From Candidatus Daviesbacteria bacterium (lineage in GTDB: Bacteria; Patescibacteriota; Microgenomatia; Daviesbacterales; UBA10151), in contig DOWS01000046.1 in the NCBI GenBank assembly GCA_003519445.1, positions 1 to 62,407 on the forward strand: DNA of 62,407 nucleotides. Direction: 5' to 3'. This document shows, piece by piece, positions 34,937 to 45,056 of the stretch. The notes below the pieces were generated by a model. The model saw only the letters and a list, made by a program, of their open reading frames with translations. It was not told where the DNA came from and did no database searches. Position 1 is the first letter of the stretch. Each line of letters starts with the position of its first letter. The translations under genes and the position numbers were made by a program.

Positions 34937-36498
34937 ATAAAACTTGGACAAAAATTTTGTTGTTTGCAATAATACTTCTTTTTCTATTGACCAGGCTTTA
35001 CAAAATAGCCGAGATTCCCCCATCGGTTTATTGGGATGAAGCTTCCATTGGATATAATGCGTATTCTATTGCGGAAACAAGTAAAGACGAGTGGGGAGAA
35101 TTTTTGCCTCTGCATTTTAGGGCATTTGGGGAATTTAAGTTGCCGGTTTATATTTACGCAACAGCGGTTTCTGTTAAACTTTTTGGGTTAAATGAGTTTG
35201 CGGTAAGGTTGCCATCAGTTATTTTTTCTTTGGGAATAGTCATTTTAACTTATTTTTTAGCAAAGAGGTTATTTAATAATACTTTAGTAGCATTATTTAG
35301 CAGTTTTTTTATTACTATCTCCCCCTGGTTTTTTATTTTTTCCAGAACCGGTTATGAAGCAACAGCAGGACTATTCTTTTTTTTACTGGGAATATTTTTC
35401 TGGTTAAAGTTTCAAAAATCATCAGTCTTTATTATACTTTCGTGCTTATCTTTTGTTTTTAGCGCATACAGTTATAATAGTTTCCGGGTTTTGCTCCCTT
35501 TTTTACTTCCCGGATTATTTTTGCTACTGTTTATACATAGAAATAAATCCAGAAAAGTCCTAATAATAAGTTTGATATTGGGAATTGGCATCCTGATTTT
35601 TGGATTTATCCCGATTATTGAATTTCTTTCTAAAGGTGAGGGTAACAGACTTGATGTGATAGGCATATTTGACAGTCAGAAGAAAAATATTCAGATCTTT
35701 CATACTTTTGCAACTAATTATATGGCCCATTTTAATCCAAAATTTTTACTTACCAGCGGTGATGTTAATCTACGCAGCCAGCAAAGTAATTTTGGGGAAA
35801 TTTATTTAGTAGAATTCCCCTTCCTTTTAATGGGACTTTTATCTCTTTATAAAACAAAAAAGATGCAAAATTTAATCCTGATATATCTTTTTTTTATCTC
35901 CTTTATTCCATCTGCCATTACCAGAGAGGCTCCTCATGCCCTGCGGTCGGTTTTGTCAGCTCCTTTAATCAGTATTATATCTTCTTTTGGAATTTATTCT
36001 TTCTATCAGACATTAACAAAGGCTAAATCAAAAGTTGTAAATAATTTTTTTATAATAATAATTTTATTTTTTGTATTTTCTTTTGGCTGGTACTTTTTTA
36101 AATTCTTGTTTAGTTATAACAAGGAAGCGGCAGAACACTGGCAATATGGCTACAAGAGAATTTTTTTAGATCATGTGGAAGAATTTGATAGTTTTGACAA
36201 TATTGTAATATCGGATAGATACAATCAGCCATATATTTTTGCGCTCTTTTATCTAAAATATGACCCGATTAACTTTAGAAAAGAAGTTCGGTATAATCAA
36301 ACAATAAGGAAAGCAACTTCGCTTGTTAAAGGATTTAATAAATTTAGTTTTACAAATATTGATTACTATAATCTTCCAAAAGGTAAGAGTCTGATTTTTG
36401 CTCATCCAACTGATAAAATGGATGAGATGCAAAGCCAAGAAGTTATTTTAAATCCGGATAAGTCAGTAGCAGTTTATGTTTATGAATACACAAAATAA
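34933..36498 (+). CDS. GT-C glycosyltransferase, GT39/PMT_2-like (tandem triplet, copy 2)
   Basis: 521 aa with VYWDEASIGYNAYSIAETSKDEWGEFLPLHFRAFGEFKLP, FGLNEFAVR, PHALRSVLSAP and WQYGYKR...FYLKYDP. Confidence 0.85.
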   Translation: MNKTWTKILLFAIILLFLLTRLYKIAEIPPSVYWDEASIGYNAYSIAETSKDEWGEFLPLHFRAFGEFKLPVYIYATAVSVKLFGLNEFAVRLPSVIFSLGIVILTYFLAKRLFNNTLVALFSSFFITISPWFFIFSRTGYEATAGLFFFLLGIFFWLKFQKSSVFIILSCLSFVFSAYSYNSFRVLLPFLLPGLFLLLFIHRNKSRKVLIISLILGIGILIFGFIPIIEFLSKGEGNRLDVIGIFDSQKKNIQIFHTFATNYMAHFNPKFLLTSGDVNLRSQQSNFGEIYLVEFPFLLMGLLSLYKTKKMQNLILIYLFFISFIPSAITREAPHALRSVLSAPLISIISSFGIYSFYQTLTKAKSKVVNNFFIIIILFFVFSFGWYFFKFLFSYNKEAAEHWQYGYKRIFLDHVEEFDSFDNIVISDRYNQPYIFALFYLKYDPINFRKEVRYNQTIRKATSLVKGFNKFSFTNIDYYNLPKGKSLIFAHPTDKMDEMQSQEVILNPDKSVAVYVYEYTK

Positions 36499-38044
36499 AA
36501 TAGCTTTAATAGTAATTATTTTATTGGCTGTATCTTTACGTTTTTTTAAGCTTAGCGAAGTTCCGCCGGCAATTTCCTGGGATGAGGCTGCTGTTGGATA
36601 TAATGCCTGGACTATTGCCAATTTCGGACAGGATGAATATGGCAATGGTTTTCCTTTGATGTTTAAATCCTTTGGTGAATATAAAAACCCGGTAGATATT
36701 TATGCAACAGCTCTTTCAGTAAAACTTTTCGGACTTTCGGAATTTAGCACAAGGCTTCCAGTGGCTTTATTTGGAGTTTTTAATGTAATACTTTTATTTT
36801 TTCTTACAAAAGCCTTGCTTAACAATAATTTGATAGCTCTCGCGGCAGCATTTTTTTTAAGTATTTCCCCCATGAATATCCATTTCTCGCATTTTAATCA
36901 TGAGGCTAATTTGGCTTTATTTTTCTTCATGCTGGGGTTTTATTTATTTATGTTGACTATTAAAGGGAAAAAGTTTTTACTATTTGCATTTATTTGTTTT
37001 ATCTTGAGTTTTTTTTCTTACAATGCGCCAAAAATGTTTATTCCGGTATTTATATTTTTTTTAATCGTTATCTATAGAAAAGAACTTTTAAAGCTTTCCG
37101 GGCAGCAGCTATTTTTTTCAATATGTTTGATAGTTTTTTTCTCGTTTATTTTATTCTTAAACCCTCATGCCCTGGGGATAGACAGGGCTGCTCAAACTAT
37201 TTCTTTTAAATTAAATAAAAATGAATTATTTGGGCAGATTAATTTGGTTGCAGCTCAATATTCGCTACATTTTCTTCCTGATTTTCTAATTATAAGAGGA
37301 GATAAAAATCCCCGCTTATCGGCTCAAGTAACAGGGGAATTTTACTATTTGGATATTGTTTTTCTTATTGCGGGTGTAATCTTTATTTTTAGAAAAAGAT
37401 CAAAGGAATTACTAATACTGTTTTTATGGGCATTTATTGCACCGCTACCGTCAAGCATTACTGCCGAGGCACCACATGCCGGACGGGCGATGTTTATGAT
37501 GGGAAGCTGGCAGATTATTTCTGCCATTGGATTTTACTCGGTAATTAGTTTATTCCGTAAAAAAGCCTTCAAATTGACTGTGATTATTATTTGTTTGGTG
37601 ATTTTTGGTTTTTCGTCTTTTAATTTTTTATCCTATTATTTTGGAGAGTACAACAAAAGATACGCAATAGAATGGCAATATGGTATGAAGCAAATCGTGG
37701 AGTTTGTCAAATTACACCCGGAGTACCATGTTGTTTATATGACAGATGTAAGGGATCAGCCGTACATATTCTTTCTTTATTATTTAAAAACCTTGCTACC
37801 GGATTATTTGCAAAGCGTCACTTATAATAAAGAAGAAAGCAAAAGTCATAATAATGTCTTCTTTTTTGACAAATATTTTTTTGGCGGGTGGAACAGTGTT
37901 GAAAGCATGCCGCAGCGGAATGTGTTGTATGTTTTTACACCCAGCCAATATGATGGGTTAAGATATAAGCTGCAGTTTGATATCAAAGAGATAATCTATT
38001 ATCCTAATGAAACAGTAGCTTTTTACTTGGTAAGCATAAAATGA
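36476..38044 (+). CDS. GT-C glycosyltransferase, GT39/PMT_2-like (tandem triplet, copy 3)
   Basis: 522 aa with ISWDEAAVGYNAWTIANFGQDEYGNGFPLMFKSFGEYKNP, FGLSEFSTR, PHAGRAMFMM and WQYGMKQ. Confidence 0.85.
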   Translation: MFMNTQNKIALIVIILLAVSLRFFKLSEVPPAISWDEAAVGYNAWTIANFGQDEYGNGFPLMFKSFGEYKNPVDIYATALSVKLFGLSEFSTRLPVALFGVFNVILLFFLTKALLNNNLIALAAAFFLSISPMNIHFSHFNHEANLALFFFMLGFYLFMLTIKGKKFLLFAFICFILSFFSYNAPKMFIPVFIFFLIVIYRKELLKLSGQQLFFSICLIVFFSFILFLNPHALGIDRAAQTISFKLNKNELFGQINLVAAQYSLHFLPDFLIIRGDKNPRLSAQVTGEFYYLDIVFLIAGVIFIFRKRSKELLILFLWAFIAPLPSSITAEAPHAGRAMFMMGSWQIISAIGFYSVISLFRKKAFKLTVIIICLVIFGFSSFNFLSYYFGEYNKRYAIEWQYGMKQIVEFVKLHPEYHVVYMTDVRDQPYIFFLYYLKTLLPDYLQSVTYNKEESKSHNNVFFFDKYFFGGWNSVESMPQRNVLYVFTPSQYDGLRYKLQFDIKEIIYYPNETVAFYLVSIK

Positions 38045-38805
38045 CTAAAATTTCCGTAGTTTTGGCAGTATTTAATGAAGAGGAGAATTTAAGGCAATGC
38101 CTTGATTCTATCAGGGATTTAGCATGGGAAATAGTAATAGTAGACGGGGGATCAACAGATAAGACTTTGGAAATTGCCAGAGATTTTGGGGCCAGGTTAC
38201 TTAAAACAGATAACCCTCCTATTTTTCATATCAACAAAAACAAAGCAATAGACGCAGCAGTAGGTGATTGGATACTACAGCTTGATGCGGATGAAGTAGT
38301 GACCGGAGAATTGAAAAAAGAGATAATGGAAGTTACAAAACAAAAAAGCGATTTTAATGGATTTTGGATTCCCAGGAAAAATTTTTTCCTGGGAAGATTT
38401 CTTAAAAAGGGGGGGCAGTATCCTGATTATACGGTGAGACTTTATAAAAAGGGTAAAGGCAGGCTGCCCGCAAAAGATGTTCATGAACAAGCAGTTGTAG
38501 AAGGCAAGATGGGGTATCTAAAGGCTGATTTATTGCACTTTAGAGACAAAACATTTGCAAAATATTTGGAGGGATTTAACAGGTATACTGATATAATGGT
38601 GATGCAGATTGAACACAAAGACCTTAAAAATAATTTTTTTGCAATTTTGAATTTTCTTTTTCTAAAACCATTTTTTTGGTTTATTAAAGCCTATTTCCGT
38701 CATTTGGGTTTTATGGACGGTTTTCCCGGTTTTATTTTTGCCCTTTTTTCATCCTTGCGGTTTCCTGTATCATATATAAAATACCGCATTAATTACACAA
38801 GATGA
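38041..38805 (+). CDS. glycosyltransferase family 2 (soluble GT-A), paralogue of 27955/28850
   Basis: 254 aa with ISVVLAVFNEEENL, VDGGSTDKT, LDADE and GFNRYTDIM. It contains a G7 tract at 38409-38415. Confidence 0.85.
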   Translation: MTKISVVLAVFNEEENLRQCLDSIRDLAWEIVIVDGGSTDKTLEIARDFGARLLKTDNPPIFHINKNKAIDAAVGDWILQLDADEVVTGELKKEIMEVTKQKSDFNGFWIPRKNFFLGRFLKKGGQYPDYTVRLYKKGKGRLPAKDVHEQAVVEGKMGYLKADLLHFRDKTFAKYLEGFNRYTDIMVMQIEHKDLKNNFFAILNFLFLKPFFWFIKAYFRHLGFMDGFPGFIFALFSSLRFPVSYIKYRINYTR

Positions 38806-39872
38806 AAATAGCATTTAATCCCACTCCTCTGAAATCAGCCCACAAAGAAAGGGGTATTGGTTATTATACCAAGAATTTACTGGATAATTTAAAGAAAGAT
38901 CCGGATTTGGAAATTATTGAATTTACTAATCCTGCGGATATCAAAAAAGATGTTGATTGCGCGCATTTTCCCTGGTTTGATCTTTATTTTCATACCTTAC
39001 CTCTTAATACTCATTGTCCCGTTGTTGTAACCATTCATGATGTGATCCCGCTTATTTTTAAAGAGCATTATCCTGTGGGATTACGGGGAAAAATTAATTT
39101 TATTCTTCAAAAATTAGCACTAAACCGTTGCAAGAGAATTATAACTGACTCTTTCGTATCTAAGGCTGATATTGTTAAATATTTGAAAATAGATGAAAGC
39201 AAAATAGTTGTTATTCCCTTGGCCTCCGACTCAATTTTTAGAGTATTAAATGAGTCGAAATTATTACTGGTAAAAAGAAAATATAATTTGCCGGACCGGT
39301 TTTTATTATATGTTGGTGATGCCAACTTTGTGAAAAATTTGCCGTTTCTGATAGATTGTTTTAATGATTTAGTAAAATTGCCGGATTTTGTTGATTTAAA
39401 ATTAATTTTGGCTGGGGGGGTATTTTTAAAAAATGTAGAAAATATTGACCACCCGGAACTTATAAGTTTAAAAAAAGTTTTAAGAATGATTAAGGATTAT
39501 GGTTTGGAGGGCAAAGTTCTAAGGTCGGGAAGATTGGATTTGGAGGATCTGGTAGCTTATTATAATTTGGCAGCTTTGTATATCCAGCCATCTTTATATG
39601 AAGGGTTTGGTTTGCCTGTACTTCAGGCGTTTACCTGCGGTACTCCGGTTTTATCCTCTAATAAAGGCGCTCTTCCTGAAGTTGGCGGTAATGCCGCCTT
39701 GTATTTTGATCCTGGAAATAAAACACAATTTAATTCTCTTGTTGTAGAAGCTTTGCAAAATAAGTCATTGCGCAGTAAATTATCAAGGCTAGGATTTATA
39801 CAAGCCGCAAAATTTTCCTGGGAAAAAACAGCGCAGGAGACAAAATTAGTCTATGCAAAAATTAAATCCTGA
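38802..39872 (+). CDS. glycosyltransferase family 4 (GT-B)
   Basis: 356 aa with YEGFGLPVLQAFTCGTPVLSS (E-x7-E region). It contains a G7 tract at 39414-39420. Confidence 0.85.
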   Translation: MKIAFNPTPLKSAHKERGIGYYTKNLLDNLKKDPDLEIIEFTNPADIKKDVDCAHFPWFDLYFHTLPLNTHCPVVVTIHDVIPLIFKEHYPVGLRGKINFILQKLALNRCKRIITDSFVSKADIVKYLKIDESKIVVIPLASDSIFRVLNESKLLLVKRKYNLPDRFLLYVGDANFVKNLPFLIDCFNDLVKLPDFVDLKLILAGGVFLKNVENIDHPELISLKKVLRMIKDYGLEGKVLRSGRLDLEDLVAYYNLAALYIQPSLYEGFGLPVLQAFTCGTPVLSSNKGALPEVGGNAALYFDPGNKTQFNSLVVEALQNKSLRSKLSRLGFIQAAKFSWEKTAQETKLVYAKIKS

Positions 39873-41007
39873 CACCCTGCGTATTATATTGATGTTTTTG
39901 CTGTGGCAAGTAGCGCTTGTAATTGTACTTATTTTTGCTATAAATTTTATTCCACTCCAATACAAAGATAGATTTTTGGGGGGTGGATATATTAATCATC
40001 AACTGGCACCCGAACTTTTCTCGTGGGCTAATTTTGACGGCGAACACTATTTGGCTATTGCTATTTTTGGGTATAAGGAAAGAGAACAGGCATTTTTTCC
40101 CGTTTATCCGGGAATGATATCTTTTTTGGCTAAACCTTTTTCTCCGGATCTGCTTTCGTTTCTTGTCAATTCGACAATTGCAGGTTTAGTGATTTCCAAT
40201 TTATCTTTTCTTCTTGCGTTAATGATTCTGTGGAATTTAATAACAATTGACTATTCAAAAAAAATAGCTCTTTTTACTCTCGCAGCTATTCTTTTGTTTC
40301 CAACTTCTTTTTATTTCGGCGCAGTTTACAGCGAATCCTTGTTTCTGCTGCTATCTGTTAGTTCATTTTATCTGGCAAGAAAAAGGCATTGGTTTAGCGC
40401 GTCATTTTTGGGAGCTGTTGCCTCTGCCACCAGAGTATTTGGGGTGTTGCTTCTGGTAGCATTATTAATAGAGGCTTGGGAGCAAAAGGCAAAGCTTTCA
40501 AAATCGTTTTGGATTTTTCTGATTCCCTCGGGCCTTTTAATTTATATGTTTTATCAATATTTTACCGTAGGGGATCCGTTAGCCTTTTACAATTTGCAAG
40601 GTCAGGTAGGTGAACAACACCAATCAGGACTGGTTTTATTGCCTCAAGTATTTTTCCGTTATGCTAAGATGCTACTGACTGTAGACTCGGGTCAACTGAT
40701 CTATAAAACAGTTATTTTGGAATTTTTGGTAGGTTTAATATTTTTCTTATTGCCGATTTACGGATACTTTAAAAAGATGAGACTGTCTTATTTAACATAT
40801 GCTATGCTGGGATTTTTATTACCCTCATTAACAGGCAGTTTTTCTTCGGTGCCAAGGTATGTAACTGTCCTTTTTCCCTCTTTTTTGATTATGGCAGTAA
40901 TCATAAATAAATTACCGAATTTATTGAGGATTATTATTTTAAGTTTTTCCGCGCTGGTTCTTATGGTGGAGACAGCTTTATTTCTAAGGGGGTATTGGGT
41001 AGCATGA
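39853..41007 (+). CDS. polytopic GT-C-like protein, PIG-V/Mannosyl_trans2-like
   Basis: 384 aa. WANFDGEHYLAIAIFGY...QAFFPVYPGMISFL matches the hallmark loop of PIG-V-type mannosyltransferases. Confidence 0.65.
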   Translation: MQKLNPDTLRIILMFLLWQVALVIVLIFAINFIPLQYKDRFLGGGYINHQLAPELFSWANFDGEHYLAIAIFGYKEREQAFFPVYPGMISFLAKPFSPDLLSFLVNSTIAGLVISNLSFLLALMILWNLITIDYSKKIALFTLAAILLFPTSFYFGAVYSESLFLLLSVSSFYLARKRHWFSASFLGAVASATRVFGVLLLVALLIEAWEQKAKLSKSFWIFLIPSGLLIYMFYQYFTVGDPLAFYNLQGQVGEQHQSGLVLLPQVFFRYAKMLLTVDSGQLIYKTVILEFLVGLIFFLLPIYGYFKKMRLSYLTYAMLGFLLPSLTGSFSSVPRYVTVLFPSFLIMAVIINKLPNLLRIIILSFSALVLMVETALFLRGYWVA

Positions 41008-42275
41008 AAAAAATTTCTAATTTAATTAACAATCCTTTGTTTACAGGTAGTATGGTAATGATAATAGGAAGTAATTTGGTCAATTTTTTAAATTACTTAT
41101 ATCATCTGATTATAGGAAGAATGCTTGGCCCGTCGGATTATGGTGAGTTAGCAGCCATTATATCTTTGATAGGTTTACTAGGAATTATTCCGGCGCCACT
41201 TGGCACATCGATTATAAAGTATATCTCATCAGCAAAAAACAATACGGAGAGTGCTAATATGATAAGTTGGCTTAAGATAAAATATTTTCAGGGATCCTTT
41301 ATATTCTTTGTGATTGTTCTTGTGATATCGCCTGTTATATCCTCATTTTTAAAAATTCATAACATTTCTTATTTTATTTTGATTGCTGTATCGTTCTTAT
41401 TTAGCCTACAATCAGGGTTAAATCGATCAATATTGCAAGGATTACTAAGGTTTAAAGAAATGGTTATAACTGTATTGGCAGAAAATAGCACAAAATTGAT
41501 CTTAAGTATAGGTTTTGTTTATCTCGGATTCAAAGTGGGTGGCGCAATTTTTGCTTTGGTTGTTGCAGCATTATTAGGTTGGTATGTAACAAAGCAATAC
41601 TTAAGGTATTCTAAAACCAGAAAGCCAAATTTTACACCGGATATAAAATCCATGCTAATGTTTACCATACCGGTATTTATCCAAAATTTTGCAACCACAT
41701 CTCTTTATTCTTCAGATGTAATATTAGTTAAACATTTTTTTTCCTCTCATGATGCCGGGATTTATGCAGCTCTCTCCACTTTAGGAAAAATTATTTTTTT
41801 CGCCGCAGGTCCCATTGGTGCTGTGATGTTTCCTTTGGTTTCAAAACGGAGCGCTAAAGGAGAAAATTATAAAAGAGTATTTAAGTTTAGTTTCGTAGCA
41901 ACGGTGTTTTTGTCCGGAGCGATTCTTTCAGTTTATCTCCTGTTTCCTTCCCTGGCAATTCAACTTCTTTACGGATCGCTTTTTCTTGAGGCTTCCAGCC
42001 TTTTGCTTTGGTTTGGAATCTTTATAACTTTTTTTACACTAGCATCTCTAATTATCAACTATACTCTTTCTCTGGGTAGAACTAGAGTTGTAATTTTTCC
42101 TGCAATTGCTGCAGTATTTCAAATTGTACTAATTTGGTTTTTCCATGACAGCTTATTTTCAATCATACTAATCTCTATTTTAGTTAACGCTTTACTACTT
42201 GTTGCTTTGCTAATATACTCTATCTATTCTAACAATGGACATAAAGCTAATTTCAGTCATAGTGCCGGCATATAA
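41004..42275 (+). CDS. MOP-superfamily oligosaccharide flippase (Wzx/MurJ-like)
   Basis: About 423 aa and polytopic. I prefer the ATG at 41004, which overlaps the upstream TGA (ATGA), over the tracker TTG at 40995. Confidence 0.8.
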   Translation: MKKISNLINNPLFTGSMVMIIGSNLVNFLNYLYHLIIGRMLGPSDYGELAAIISLIGLLGIIPAPLGTSIIKYISSAKNNTESANMISWLKIKYFQGSFIFFVIVLVISPVISSFLKIHNISYFILIAVSFLFSLQSGLNRSILQGLLRFKEMVITVLAENSTKLILSIGFVYLGFKVGGAIFALVVAALLGWYVTKQYLRYSKTRKPNFTPDIKSMLMFTIPVFIQNFATTSLYSSDVILVKHFFSSHDAGIYAALSTLGKIIFFAAGPIGAVMFPLVSKRSAKGENYKRVFKFSFVATVFLSGAILSVYLLFPSLAIQLLYGSLFLEASSLLLWFGIFITFFTLASLIINYTLSLGRTRVVIFPAIAAVFQIVLIWFFHDSLFSIILISILVNALLLVALLIYSIYSNNGHKANFSHSAGI

Positions 42276-43041
42276 GCAGGAAAAAACTATAGTCCGGGAT
42301 TTACAAAGAATAAAAGAAGTTCTGGATAAATTACGCTACCCCAGTGAACTTATTTTAGTGGTAGACGGTAAGGTTGATAAAACTTTTAAACAAGCTTTGA
42401 AGTTTGCAGAAAGAAACCGCAATGTCAAAGTAATTGGTTATGATCATAATAAGGGTAAAGGTTATGCTATCCGTTTTGGAATGGCTGAAAGCAAAGGAGA
42501 GTTAATTGGTTTTATTGATGCGGGGATGGATCTTAATCCGCAAGGCATCCTGCTGTTATTGGAGCAATTTGAGTTTCATAATGCTGATATAATAGTTGGT
42601 TCAAAGAGACACCCCCTTTCTAAAGTTTTTTATCCTTGGCAGAGAAAAATCCTTTCATTTGGTTATCAGATGCTGGTTTGGTTACTTTTCGGATTAAAGG
42701 TAAAAGATACTCAAGTGGGAATGAAATTTTTTAAAAGAGAAGTATTGGAAAAAGTGCTTCCGAGGCTTTTAGTAAAGCGGTTTGCTTTTGATGTTGAAAT
42801 ACTGGCTGTTGCCAGTTCTTTAGGTTATAAAAGAATATATGAAGCGCCGGTTGGTATCAAACTCCGTTTTGGAGGAGCGTCTACTATTACCAGCCAAAAA
42901 TTTTTAAGAACAGTTTTTGCAATGCTTTTGGATACGCTGGCAATTTTTTACAGGCTAAAAATACTGGGATATTATTCAGATAAAAACAAAAGAAAATGGA
43001 GATTTGATCCCGAGTTGAATTTTAAGGTAAATATAGGATGA
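42235..43041 (+). CDS. GT2 polyprenol-phosphate sugar synthase-like (DPM1/ArnC/GtrB-type)
   Basis: 268 aa with ISVIVPAYKQEKTI, VVDGKVDKT, HNKGKGYAIR, FIDAGMDL and VGSKRHPLS. Confidence 0.85.
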   Translation: MDIKLISVIVPAYKQEKTIVRDLQRIKEVLDKLRYPSELILVVDGKVDKTFKQALKFAERNRNVKVIGYDHNKGKGYAIRFGMAESKGELIGFIDAGMDLNPQGILLLLEQFEFHNADIIVGSKRHPLSKVFYPWQRKILSFGYQMLVWLLFGLKVKDTQVGMKFFKREVLEKVLPRLLVKRFAFDVEILAVASSLGYKRIYEAPVGIKLRFGGASTITSQKFLRTVFAMLLDTLAIFYRLKILGYYSDKNKRKWRFDPELNFKVNIG

Positions 43042-45056
43042 AATTTCTTCTTTTTGGATTCGCTTTTCTTCTGCTGGTGCCTTTTGCAAAAATTGCCTCG
43101 GCTCAATTTGTTAATGTTGTTAATCCTGTCAGAATCTCTTCTTATACCAAGGATCCAAAAAAAGCTCTTTTAGCGCAGTATAAACAAGTTAATATAAGAA
43201 ATCTGCCGGCCACCTGGCTTTTGACCTATGATGTTTTGGTAAATCCCGATACTCGGCCTGATATTTTGGGGTTTGATAATTTGCAGGAAACCGGAGTTTT
43301 TCTGGAAGTCACTCCGAAATTTGCCGGTGCGGCAGGGGTTTTGTATAGCAAGACAGACTCGTGGCATAGGGCAAATGCGGTTTTTCTATCGGGATATGTC
43401 CAGGAAGACAGGATAAAATTGATAGATACAATTTTTGAAGAATTCAAAAAAGCCTTTGGGTTTTATCCGGCATCAGTCGGAGCCTGGTGGGTTGATAGTT
43501 TCTCCCTTGATTATATGAAGAAAAAGTATGACATATTGGCCAATTTAACAGTTGCCGATCAATTTTCCACCGACGGTTACAAACTTTGGGGGCAGTTTTG
43601 GTCTGTGCCTTTTTACCCCAATAAATATCATGCGGGAGTGCCTGCAAGGACAGTTGAAAATAAGTTGGATTTGGTTACTATCCAGTGGGCGTCAAGAGAT
43701 CCTTTAAACGGTTATGGCAGGGCAGGGGAGAGTACCTTTAGTACGCAGGATTATTTTACCAGAAATTTGTCAGATGATTATTTTGAAAAACTGGTTGATT
43801 TATATACAAAGCAAGACGGAAATATGTTTGGACAGGTCACTATTGGATTGGAAGGTGATTTTACGCCGGAAGTCTATGGCGGCAACTACAGTAGACAACT
43901 TGATATTATCAAGGAAAAGCAGGATGCAGGGCAAATTAGGGTTTTGACAATGAAGGATTTTAGTAATAAATACAGAAACATGTTTCCAAAGCTTTCTCCT
44001 GTACAGATTGTTCAAACAGACGACCTGTTAGGGAAAAATATGAAAACTTTTTGGTTTCAGTCGCTTGCCTACAGAATTAACATAACTTATGACTATGAAT
44101 TGAATAAGACTTATGTTAATGATTTTAGGAGCTATCACTCTGATTTTGAAGAACCCTATTATTTTTCCCCAAATAGGGATCTGAATTTGCATATTAATAT
44201 TCCCCCGATAATTGATTCTGCCGGTAATCCCGAGGAGAAATGGTTAATAACCGATACGAAACTTAAGTCCGCCGACATAAAAGACCATAAGCTTTTCCTG
44301 AATTTTGAAAAAGTACAAATACTGTTGGAGGAGGAAAAAATTACTATTCTTGGTAAGATTAATTCTTTGCCGGAAAGTTTAATCCGTTCTCCTTACCTGC
44401 AAGTAGCAAAAAAAGGAGAAAAAATAGAGCTTCAGCCAAAAATAAAATGGCCGTACCCTAAAGATGGTTTTAAGTTTAGAGAGTTAACTCAAGAAGCAAC
44501 ATTTTTCTTAAAACAAAGAAAAGTTATTTTATCGATAACACTAATAATTTTAGGCTTAATTTTGACTTCTACAGTGATTAAAAAAAGCAAACTCCCTTTA
44601 GGATTTAAAGTTTTATTTTTTTTATTTTGGGTGATTTTTTTTGGAGGGATGTATATTAAATTATATTTGCCAAATACAAGAGAATATTTTGTTAATCAGG
44701 GAGAACTGGATGCCCTGATCCGTCTTAAGTTGATGGATGGGAAAAGGATTGTGGTAATGGATAGAGTTTGCCTCCAATGCTCCTGGCATACTAAAGATAT
44801 GCCGGCAATTTTTGCCAATAAACGGGATTATGTGAAAAAGATAACCGGAAAAGAAATAGTTTATAATCTAGATGTGTTTAATGCCAAAACAAGAGAAGAG
44901 GGGAGAAATAATCTGAAGAAACTAAACGCCGATTATATTTATGTGGTGCGGTTTGAGGATTATGCGGAAAAGATACCCTTTTCTCCGGGTGATTTGAACA
45001 TAGAAGAAGTTTACTCAAATGCCAATGCGGAGATTTGGAGGATAAAGAAAAATTGA
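43038..45056 (+). CDS. envelope protein: signal peptide + domain 'A' + 2 TM helices + domain 'C' (function unknown)
   Basis: 672 aa. Its domain A shows strong similarity to the N-terminus of 15724..19137, for example GAWWVDSFSLDYMKKKYDILANLTVADQFSTDGYKLWGQFWSVPFYP versus GAWWVDSYSLEYMQKEYGISASLIVSDQYSTDNYQIWGQYFSTPYYP. Confidence 0.75.
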   Translation: MKFLLFGFAFLLLVPFAKIASAQFVNVVNPVRISSYTKDPKKALLAQYKQVNIRNLPATWLLTYDVLVNPDTRPDILGFDNLQETGVFLEVTPKFAGAAGVLYSKTDSWHRANAVFLSGYVQEDRIKLIDTIFEEFKKAFGFYPASVGAWWVDSFSLDYMKKKYDILANLTVADQFSTDGYKLWGQFWSVPFYPNKYHAGVPARTVENKLDLVTIQWASRDPLNGYGRAGESTFSTQDYFTRNLSDDYFEKLVDLYTKQDGNMFGQVTIGLEGDFTPEVYGGNYSRQLDIIKEKQDAGQIRVLTMKDFSNKYRNMFPKLSPVQIVQTDDLLGKNMKTFWFQSLAYRINITYDYELNKTYVNDFRSYHSDFEEPYYFSPNRDLNLHINIPPIIDSAGNPEEKWLITDTKLKSADIKDHKLFLNFEKVQILLEEEKITILGKINSLPESLIRSPYLQVAKKGEKIELQPKIKWPYPKDGFKFRELTQEATFFLKQRKVILSITLIILGLILTSTVIKKSKLPLGFKVLFFLFWVIFFGGMYIKLYLPNTREYFVNQGELDALIRLKLMDGKRIVVMDRVCLQCSWHTKDMPAIFANKRDYVKKITGKEIVYNLDVFNAKTREEGRNNLKKLNADYIYVVRFEDYAEKIPFSPGDLNIEEVYSNANAEIWRIKKN

